Position numbers and translations under genes: made by a program. Shown here in pieces: positions 37,519 to 48,500 of a DNA stretch of 64,000 nt. Origin of the DNA: Haliotis cracherodii (lineage: Eukaryota). The notes beneath the pieces are model-generated. The model did not search any database. It was given only the letters and a program-made list of their open reading frames with translations, and was not told the origin of the DNA. The DNA is taken from assembly GCF_022045235.1 (NCBI RefSeq), contig NW_027266341.1:9982001-10046000 (forward strand). The letters are read 5' to 3'. Numbering within the stretch: position 1 is the stretch's first letter; every line of letters begins with the position of its first letter.

Positions 37519-38377
37519 TACTCAACAACAAAAGTTCTACAGTGGTGCAGACAGCGTCTACGCGGGACGGCCATGCAGTGGGGACAAGTTCTATTCACTG
37601 ACGAGTCTCGTTTTCACCTCAGCCACAGCGATTGACCGATTCGAGTGTACCGACATCGAGGTGAACGTCAATCATTGTGTCGTGGAAGAAGATCGGTTCG
37701 GGGGCGGCAGCGTTATGATATGGGGTGGGATAACAGCAAGACAGAGGACCCGTTTGATAGTGGTAGAGGGAAATCTCAATGGACAGCTCTACCGCGACGA
37801 GATCATCGGCCCTGTTGTTCTACCGTTTTTGCGTCGTCATGGCCCAGGCATTACCTTTCAACATGACAACGCCTGGCCTCATATTGCTCGACTTGTTCAG
37901 GATTCCCTTCAACAAAACAACGTGAATGTCATCCCCTGGCCGGCTCGCTCCGCTGATCTCTCACCAATCGAGCACATGTAGGATGAGATGGATCGGCGCC
38001 TACGACGTCAACCACGTGTTCCACAGACACTCCAGGAACTTCGAAACATGCTCCAGCAGATATGGACAGATATCCCACAGGACCTTGTGCGACGCCTGGT
38101 CCATTCCATGAGACGAAGATGTGTTGCTTGCATCGCAACCAGAGGTGGACACACACGCTATTGATTTGTAAATTGACATTTTGGCATGTTCATGTTTTTT
38201 GGGTTTTTTTTTTTTATGAAATCACGCATTTTCTGAAGTCAGGATGGCAAATTAAACCATTTGAACACGTACAGGAGTCTTTTATTTGTTGTAAACCGAA
38301 ATTGTTTCAGAGTTGGTTAAAAACATAACTTTGCATTAAATCTGATTCAATGTCACAGGAACTTTTGTTGTTCAGTA
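37519..38377 (+). mobile_element. Internally deleted Tc1 (DD34E) DNA transposon
   Basis: TIRs TACT(C/G)AACAACAAAAGTTC with TA TSDs. Transposase remnant VLFTDESRF, GGGSVMIWGGI, FQHDNA-(34 aa)-PIEH, GGHTRY, with stops and a frameshift; the N-terminal half is missing. Confidence 0.93.
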
Positions 38378-41300
38378 TATATCAAATAACATTGAATTGT
38401 ACCGCATATATTCCATACTGTTAAATGAAATATCGTCACAAACTCCAGTGTCAATTTTCTGCTTCCTTGGTGCAGGAAAGTAAATACAAGACTATTTCTA
38501 GATAATGTGGCCTTGGAACTATATGTTGTAATGTGGCAGTAGAGATTTGTTGTTGTAAATGTAGTAGTAGTAATTGTGACAGTAATCAGTGGCAGCAAGT
38601 GATTGGTGGGGTAGTAAAATGTCAACTGGTATTTAGAGTTACCGCCCTTTTTTACTGATCATGGCAGACTTGATCATTCGAGAAGCCTCGGTATTGAACC
38701 GTTTCTGGAAGGCTGGTTGTACCTACATAAGGGCGAATCGAGTTGACATGTGTTTTATCGACTTGCCAAGTACCTATTTGAAATTAAAAATAGACAAAAC
38801 ATTTCCATAATAAGGGCGAATCGAGTTCTTTTATGACTTGACACGTGTTTTATCGACTTGCTAAGTGCTTATTGGATACCCATTTGAAATTATTTTTTAA
38901 AAAAACAAACAACATTTCCATAATCATAAGAAACCTCTACTACAAGCAGAGTTCGAATCCGACTACATCATGAGCGTGTGTTCATGAATCACTATCAAAT
39001 AGTGATGATACCAGGTGCTCGTGAAAAGTGGGCGTATATGTTGCCTCAACTCTGGCACTCGTCACAAATACATGTAAAGGCAAGCCAATTGTTCACTCAA
39101 TTTAATTAAAATCAGATCTGGCTACTGCTACACACTGATCTATATTTGTTTAGCTGCAGTGTGAACCAAGATCTGATTTGTTCAGTGAGATTGATTGTAT
39201 ACCTAACAATACCATTTTTCTCACTGAAGCGTAAAATTTGGAAATGTCCTCCACATGTTTGTATCCAGACTAGATATTTTCTCAGCTACAGGTACAAAAC
39301 GATAAAGGTTGTTTTTCTATTTAGAACTATGAGCCTGAATTCTTTTTAACGAAAAACACCTTGCAACAATATTAATTTTTGTGGCACGCAATTTCATTTT
39401 TTGAAGCATAATTTTCAAGAAGCTCTATCTAGCGACAATATATACATTTCGATAAAATCTTGCCTGAATGTCTTGTCTCCACATTTCACATAGATGTTAT
39501 CAGTGAGGAAGTCCAGCAATTCACATATTGTTTTCTCAGTAACATCCACATGAAATTTTGTAAAACACTGAATTCCTGCCAGCTTCCATTACTTTTCCGG
39601 ATTCAAGAACAGACACAGGCCTGTTTCAAGCGTTGAAGATATTCGACAGTGACCAATGGATATTGATAACAAACAGTCATGTGGACCAATCATCTGTTAT
39701 TTATATGATAAAGGCATTTACAAGCATTCAGACAAAATAGGGAAGGCACACCTTATGGATCATCTTTGTTGGAGAAATTTAAGGAACCCGTAATCAACGT
39801 CTATTTTCCGTAGTGAAAACGTGAAAACTGTAATGATTTCCTTTAAGGTAATTAAAGATTACTTAATCTTGTAGTGGCGAAGTGACGATTTACATTTTTC
39901 ACAAATTTTTATAATATCCTCACATCCTTAAGTAATCGGGATTATTTTTTTTATTAAAGTACTACTAATCTTACAACCATTCTTATTGGTTTAACTGGGA
40001 GGGGGGGGGGGGGGGGGGGGGGATGTAAACAGAGAACATACCTTTTGATTGTTAGGACTTCTTTTTCACTTCTGATATTCATACGCCAACTCTTGACTTC
40101 TCATCCTCAAGAGTCGCCGAAATGACAAGAGTGGGTCACCAATGGAATTGCAGTTTTGTGCATGTAAATGATTTTGTTGTTACACAATTTATTAATTCAA
40201 ATGCAGTGTCTGTAAGGGCTAGGGGAAACACCATTCACAGCATGGTATAGTGAGAGTGTTTCTGTAAACAGACCAGGGATTATTTGGCCTCATGTTTTGT
40301 TTGTTTGTTGTTTAACGCCGCATAAAGCAATATTCATGCTATATAACGGCGGTCTGTAAAAAAAATCGAGTATGGACGAGAAAATCAAATGATTGCCGTC
40401 ATGAGCATCGATCCACCCAATTGGGATACAATGACATGCATCAACCAAGTCAGCGAGCCTGACCACCCGATCCCGTAGTTGACTTTTACAACAAGCATAG
40501 TTGCCTTTTACGGCAAGAATGGGTTGCTGAAGATCTATTCTACCCCGGATCTTCACGGAGTCGCAGACACATTATAAAGACACTGCCTTAATTCTCTGTA
40601 CGGAATACACGTGTAGGTAACTTGAGAATGCTCTGTCTGTTCTCATTCCCTGTATTGTTTCTGTATTCCCTTCACACATTTCATCTCAACTGAATGGACA
40701 GTTTAACGGGTGTAACAGAAAAACCAGAGTGCCATCATGACGGTTACGATTGATTGCGTACAACCAACTAATACCTCAGTGGTTAAATCCCCTCAACATC
40801 TTTTGTGGCAGAACACTTCATTCGTAATGTGCAGACTGCGCGGGTTCGAATTCTTCTGCCGACACACGATTTCCATCAAATTGCTAGTAGTGCTGTCATT
40901 GTCAAAAGGTCTCTTACTGACAATTGCATGGTTATGCATAACGATTCGAAAAATACGCAAATATGGCGAAACTTCAATTTCGTGTTTGATGTGAAAACTC
41001 GACAGAGAGGCATGCACGTACAACTCCGCTGTTTAATGACACGCCAATTGTAACTCTCTGACATGATGCAGTCAAGTGCAGCCATATGATGGATGTATCG
41101 GTCTCAAAATAACTAAAAAATTAATTGTGCAGCAATCTAGTCTAACAGCGCCAAGCCAAAAAAAAACTTGTTGCAATCAAGTGCACCCTTACGCTGTTTG
41201 CGACACTTCTTAATCTGAATTGATTTGAGTCATGTGACGATGCAAGGGTGTGTGATATCGCCGGATCCCACCGCATTCACTTTGCAACGATCTATTAATC

Positions 41301-41534
41301 AAGTCCTTCTCATTATTGTAGCGAAATGTCTGATATACACTCTAGAATTCAAGGCGTCTTGGAAATATATTATATATCTAATTCTTATATAAATACACCA
41401 GCATGTATAAGACACGTTTCGTGTTAAAGCAAAAGATAGAAAGGCAATCTTAAGCAAACGACAATGCACGTATTTCCCATTCATTCGTAAATGAACACAA
41501 CGCAACGATGACAAACTCGCTGAGTAACTACTTA

Positions 41535-41565
41535 GTGCCACGTGAGGTTGATTATGACGTCACAA
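41535..41565 (+). promoter_or_regulatory. Paralog B upstream region: E-box and CRE
   Basis: CACGTG at 41539-41544 and TGACGTCA at 41555-41562, about 80 nt before the first donor site. Confidence 0.55.
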
Positions 41566-42096
41566 GCAGCGGGAGGTGTCGATGCTGTCAGACATACAAG
41601 TAGATCGGTGCGGGAAATTTGAACCTTATAAACTGGAGTAGGTGAGCGATGGACGCCATCTGTTGCTGTGAGCCAGTTGGTTTAACTGTTTAGCTGTGCT
41701 TTCATATTTCCATGTAGTTTCTTGGTCAAATTGAAATTTATTGACGTTGCGTTAAAATGAAATTAATGTTTCAATATATTTTGATAGAGTTTTATCTGTG
41801 CAACAATTACCTATTATCGAAGATGCTAGCACTAGAACAACTCTTCAGATCCGCTCACATAGTCCCTCAATAATCTGTCCTTAATGGATGTTTATTGCCA
41901 TAGTGAAAACTCAATGTTTTAATCTCTTACCCAAATAATGTTTTATGACTGAGTATTTGAGTGCCACGAATCTACTGGATCCTGTACTTTAGTCGACATG
42001 GGGTAGTCTTAGTTCCTTAATTATTCTTTCTGTTTGGAGAAATAAATACGTCTTCATAGCTCATTTGTTTTATACTTCAGAGCGTGATTGGTCAAG

Positions 42097-42787
42097 ATGA
42101 TTCTAATGACCTTTCTCGCCATGGCGTCCCAAGAAGTCAAGAAATTCATGAAGTCTCGTGGTAAGTACTCCACTAAAGTATTGTCACGTGTCCTCTATCT
42201 GTCATAGAGCAATCAAATTCTCGATTTTCACGAGAGGGGCATCCTAGTATCTAGCAAATAGTTCCCGCAAAAAACCCAACTCTTTCCATTTCCACTCCTA
42301 AGAATCGGCGTAAATCTCTGGGTACATTTAGCTAAGCGATCTTTGTATTAAGTGTATTTGTCGGACCACATCATCAACGTGCTACACGTGACTCAAATGA
42401 CGACACGTGACAATGAAAGGAAAGGCGAATGTGTGAGACAGAAAAGCAAATCCCAAGACTAAAATCGATTACACAGAAGAAATAAAAATACAGGATGCTA
42501 ATGAAGTAATTTTTTTTATTTAATTGAATCCATATGGCGTTAATAGCATAATTGCGTTTGTTTTAGAGCCTCACATCGGCCTTGAGGATAACAGTTTCAA
42601 CAGATGGAGGGATATGGACCCAGAACAGGCTCCCTACCTCCTGGACGACCTGCTCCCACCACTTCAGCACCCCAACAACAACGACAACGAGGACGACGGT
42701 CTGTTCACTGCCTACCGCCCTCCCATCTGGATGTACAGAACAGAGTATTACGTCAGTGAGGCAGACAAGGCCTTCGTTGTGACATAA
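42097..42787 (+). CDS. Uncharacterised small protein, paralog B (94 aa), 2 coding exons
   Basis: Exons 42097-42160 and 42567-42787 (GT-AG, phase 1); putative non-coding exon with donor at 41641/41642; AATAAA at 43157-43162. Protein MILMTFLAMASQEVKKFMKSREPHIGLEDNSFNRWRDMDPEQAPYLLDDLLPPLQHPNNNDNEDDGLFTAYRPPIWMYRTEYYVSEADKAFVVT. Confidence 0.8.
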
Positions 42788-45061
42788 ATACAGTACTGGC
42801 TCCAGAAAAAAGTAGTGCCGTTTGCGTGTGGTGCACTGGCGTTTAATAATTTTACAATGGAATTTGAAGGTCACAGAACACTGATAACATGCGTATTTAA
42901 TGTTCAATGCATTTTGATATTTGTTAAAACCAGATTCAGTATTTATAATACTGAATGAATCCGTCATATGATGTTATTTACAACTTTACAATAAGCCATA
43001 TTGTCCGTCATGAAGCGATAACATATTACAGAATATATTTTTATTTGCTATTTTTTAATGAACATTATTGTTACAAATGGCCTTCTTTGTTTTCCATGTA
43101 GTATTCCAAGATACTGTAATCTCTTTTCATTCATACATGTACAGAACGTTTGTTTTAATAAATATCTCTCATGGTTCAGTGAAAGTGTTGCCATAGAAAC
43201 AAAACTGAGGTCATGTTTATTATGTGTTGCAAGCTTCATTTTTATGTCATCAAATCTCCTTTCCAGATATTAGCGACTGACCTACAGAAGCAATGTTCCA
43301 GATTTTGTTCAGTTACTTAATTTTGCCCAGGTGGGATTCTGTGTTAGAACAGGTCTCAAGTGATATAAGCTTGTTGCTTGGTGACTGTTTCTTCCATGTT
43401 ATCGAACCCTGATGGCATGGGACATTGCTCATTGTATCAATCACTGGTTTGTCTGGTCAACTGGACTAGTACATGACTATGAATGCACAATGCCATATAG
43501 AAAGTGGTCAAATGTAACAAATGTTATATTTGGGATAATACTTTCTTAGTAAAGTACAGATTCTCATCCTGATTTGGGTTGAGTCCCGTAATCTTGCACT
43601 CTTGTATAACGACATACAAATAACAACACATCATAATCTGTGACAATTCGCAGGATGAACAGGACTTTTACGAGAAAGAGTATACTGATAAATCAATTTA
43701 CAAAGTCATTAACAATTTCACAATGGTGCATCCCCGTGGTGCCCAGTTCCAATTAACATAAACAAATGGACTCAATGGTAATATCTTTATTTACATGATA
43801 TATATGATGTATGTACAAAGTCTGCCACATTAACTGACAATGCATCAAACACAGTACTGATGTAGAAAATAACAACCTTGGACATCAGGAAGTACGCAAC
43901 AGTTAATCAAACTATCAGTTGGATCCATCCATGGCCAAATGACAAATTACCACTGATACTGCATTGCTGCATTGGCAAAAGATCCGTGAAGATCCAGGGT
44001 AGAATAGATCTTCAGCAACCCATTCTTGCCGTAAAAGGCAACTATGCTTGTCGTAAAAGGCGACTAATGGGATCGGGTGGTCAGGTTGCTGACTTGGTTG
44101 ATGCATGTCATCGATCCCAATTGTGTGGATCGATACTCATGATGTCACTCACTGGATTGTCTCGTCCAGACTCCATTATTTACAGACCGCCGTCATATAG
44201 CTGGAATATTGCTGAGTGTGACATAAAAAACAAACAAACAAAGCATTGGTAAAGTACAAACAGATATCATGACAAGAAAAAATACTGATGACTGTCCGAA
44301 ATGCACCTTGTTTGCAGAGACGTGTGGGTAATATACCCAATATGTTGCAAATTCATATCAAACAAAAACAGCTGTACCAATATTTGCGTTAGACTATAGG
44401 ATCAGAAAGAAGTGTAACCAAGCGATACAAGCAAACAGCTTGAACATCTTATATTGATAGATGCAGTAGTGGCAATGACAAACATTTTCAATATGCTTAC
44501 CATGTTGAAAATTATGAATCCGTGAGCATGTTGTGACACAATTGCTTGAGACAAATGCATTTTGACAGCTTATAAAAAAATAAAAATTCAGAATAAACAA
44601 AAACTGGATAATCAAAGCGATATGGAGAATATATATATATATCATATATATATACAACATATCAATTGTCATTACATACTTTTTCATAATTCCATACTTT
44701 AAACTGCATAATGAGCAATAGGTTAATATTGTTCTTATGGCTGCTGTTTAAAATTGAATAAAAATTCTATGAGAATTACTTGACACAATAGCTGGAATAT
44801 TTGGCCATGTGGTTTAGAGGAGATGTCAAAATGTTACACAACAGATGGACATACAATGCATCACACCATGAGATCACATGTGAAGAGCATTGCAAGACTG
44901 TTTAATATCTAAGCCACAACATTTGTATCAAAATGCATAAAGTTCTTAGCTGGAGTAACAGGGACAACAGCATCGTAAGTTAAAAAGTTTGATTTCACAA
45001 TTCACAGAAGCAACTGAATAATTTATAGATGTTTATAATATATCAAGATGCAGGAACAAGG

Positions 45062-45512
45062 CTCTAGGTCATCGCTTCTTGAAAGTACAAGGATCTAGGT
45101 CATCGCTTCTTGAAGGTACATTGATCCAGGTCACTGTTTCTTGTAGACACACATGGGTCCATAATATCGCTACTTGGTGATACATTGATCCAGAAAATCG
45201 TTCCTTGTAGACACATGGATCTAGGTCATCGCTTCTTGAAGGTACATGTGTCTAGGTCATTGCTTCTTGAAGGTACATGTGTCTAGGTCATCGCTTCTTG
45301 AAGGTACATGTGTCTAGGTCATTGCTTCTTCAAGGTACATGTGTCTAGGTCATTGCTTCTTGAAGGTACATTGATCTTGGTCACTGCTTCTTGAAGATGA
45401 ATGGATCCAGGTAACTGTTTCTTGTAGATACGTGTCCAGAAAATCACCTTCTTGAAGATACATGTCCAGGTCATCGCTATCTTGGTTATCGCTTCTTGTA
45501 GATACAGGGGTC
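45062..45512. repeat. 31-bp tandem repeat (about 14 copies) of the RRP8 terminal codons and stop, in the 3' UTR
   Basis: Minus-strand unit resembles CTAGATCCATGTACCTTCAAGAAGCGATGAC; the true gene end is CTGGACCCCTGTATCTACAAGAAGCGATAAC. Confidence 0.9.
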
Positions 45513-48500
45513 CAGTTCAATGCTTGAGTTGAGAGGGGCTTCCTTCATTCCACGCACCTTCTTAAAGTGGAACAGGTAGAACATCTTGTTGGAGGTGTCC
45601 TGAAATATTATTAAGTTGTCATTGTGAAGTACTTGAATCAACAAAGGACCATTTCTTTGTCACAAAATGCAACAATATCTCAAATGTCAACCCCATAGAC
45701 CTGATAAACAGGAAATGTGGGATTAAAACCCTGAACCAGCATATTCTGTCATCGCTAAGGCATAGACTGTCTGACTATTGATCAAAATAGCTTCCAACAT
45801 CAGGGTTTAACCTTGACTACATGGGATCCCCAATAATTAGTTATAAGGGTCCTTGCATGGAATATGAGGGTCCTGTAAAGTAGTGAAATGGTGTTGTGTA
45901 CTGTACGTTTGGATAATTACTTTAGAGCCTGAATGAATCAATGATCATGTGGACAGTGGCCATGATTGATGGAAGAAATGACAGATGCCCATAACTGCTC
46001 CTGTTGCACTGTAGGTACAATGAACATTACTGTGCATCTCTTTGGATGCAGGATGTACCCAATCTCAACATTTGTGCATACAGGATGCACATTTCTGCGT
46101 CGCATAAAACCCTGCAACATCAATACTCTCTTGCATCCAATGAGATTTGCAGTGGATATTATTTCCATCTATTATCAAAATCCTGATTATCCTTTAAAAT
46201 TACCATCCATTCCACATTTTCATCAAAACCATCCCCAAAACCACCATGAGCAAGACCTACCTTGTTGACAATTTCAAATCCAAGTTTTTCAACTTTTGAT
46301 ATGAAAGCACCAACTTTCTGAAAACGACTCTCAACTTCAGCAATCATCATTACGCCCCTGAAACAACAAAACAAACAATATTCAAAATAAGTGAAAGTTG
46401 TTTAACTCCACAGTCAGCAAGATTTCAACTATATCATGGCAGCCTGTAAAAAATCAATGTGGACCAGTAAACCAGTTGTTGACTCCATGAGGGTGAAATA
46501 TCACTGAAGGTGTTATCGTCGGCACAGATACTACAGAAATGTACCCCAGGTACGATTTTGTATACAGAAATGTACCCTAGTCAAAATCAAAATACAGTAG
46601 ACTACGGCTATAACGAACTCGAGAGGACCACTAATTTTAGTTCATACTAACCGCAGTTCGTTATATGCATACATACAGCATATATACAACAAATGGTCGG
46701 GACTAAAAATAAGTTTGTTATATCCGTCAGTTCGTTATAAGCGTGTTCGTTATAAACATAGTTTACTGTACAGAAAAAGTACCTGGTACCCGAAACGGCG
46801 GGTGAGTCCATATTCCCCAACATTAAACCAAAACCAGTTCATGTTTAGTTCCAGTTCGCCTGATTAGTATGATTACGAATGTATGCATGCATCGCGAATA
46901 TTGCCAGATTATTACATTAATGTACGTACGTCACTGTGTGTGATTGTTTCCTATATGATACGCTGGAATGCAGCTTAATTCAAAAGCTTCGCCTGACGAA
47001 CGCATACTGCCACGTTAAATGTAACGTGGTTTGGCTACAGGAAGTGACGAATACCTAAAGAACCGATTACAAGCATTGCGCCCTTCAACGGAAAGGACTC
47101 AACCTAGGGTACGTTTCTGTATTTTGATTTTGGCTAGGGTACATTTCTGTATACAGAAACGTACCTGGAGTATATTTCTGTAGTACCTGAGCCGACAATG
47201 ACCCCCTTCAGCTCAGGTGACACCTTGTACCCACCAAATCCTCATTAGTCTTCCAACAAGCAGTGGGCAGTGAGACCTATCTCCACAGGGTGTAGACTAT
47301 TCACAAAAACAAAATGTCACAATCTCATTAAAATCAGATCTTAGTTTTCGCTACTGCAAAACAAAGATCTGAGGACATCCCTTCATGGGTCACTTCAGAA
47401 TGATCAAAAGATCATTCTGGAATGACTTATAGTTGGCCTAGATTGTATGGATATAATCATAAAACCTGTAACTGTCGTTCGGAATACCCTCTGTTAAATA
47501 TTTCGAGGTTGCATAGTTAGAAATCACATTCCGACTGTCACTTTCATCATCTGGTAAGCGACGCTCTGATTGGTTGGATGAAAGGTCGCTCTGATGTGAC
47601 CCGTAATGGGATGTCCTCAGATCTTTGTTTAGCGGTAGCGAAAACTAAGATCTGATTTTAATGAGATTGCAAAATGTCACTGTGCTGTATAACCCATGAT
47701 AGAGTTGTCAGTTTTAAAGCAACACTTCTTGGTATGATGAAACAAAAGATGAGCTTTCAGTTACAACCTATTATCCAAATCAAAATCTAACATAACTGCA
47801 AATATGATTCTTATAGTTTAACTTTCTTTCATCCCTGACTGAACATGCTGAACATAGTAAAAGTCTTACCCTTTTTTGAGAATCCTGTTTGCTTCCAGTA
47901 GGTAGTCAACAAGATTTGTGCCCATCAGTGACAGACAGAACACAGCTACATCCACACACCCAGCATCTAGGGGCACCTGCATATACAACATAGTTAGAAC
48001 CATCAGAGACAGACAGAACACAATTCATCCACACACCCGGCATCTAGGGGCACCTGCATATACAACATAGTTAGAACCATCAGAGACAGACAGAACACAG
48101 CTACATCCCCACACCCGGCATCTAGGGGCACCTGCATATACAACATAGTTAGAACCATCAGAGACAGACAGAACACAGCTACATCCCCACACCCGGCATC
48201 TAGGGCACTGCATATACAACATAGTTAGAACCATCAGTGACAGACAGAACACAGCTACATCCACACACACGGCATCTAGGGGCACCTGCATATACAACAT
48301 AGTTAGAACCATCAGTGACAGACAGAACACAGCTACATCCACACACACGGCATCTAGGGGCACCTGCATATACAACATAGTTAGAACCATCAGTGACAGA
48401 CAGAACACAGCTACATCCACACACACGGCATCTAGGGGCACCTGCATATACATCCACACACCCGGCATCTAGGGGCACCTGCATATACAACATAGTTAGA

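Noticed and set aside
38728-38925. Two-copy direct repeat of about 85 bp
   Set aside because: Simple local duplication with no further structure.
39997-40022. Poly-G run (also 12592-12610) as a G-quadruplex element
   Set aside because: Homopolymer lengths are unreliable, and the 12.6-kb run is an expansion inside a SINE.
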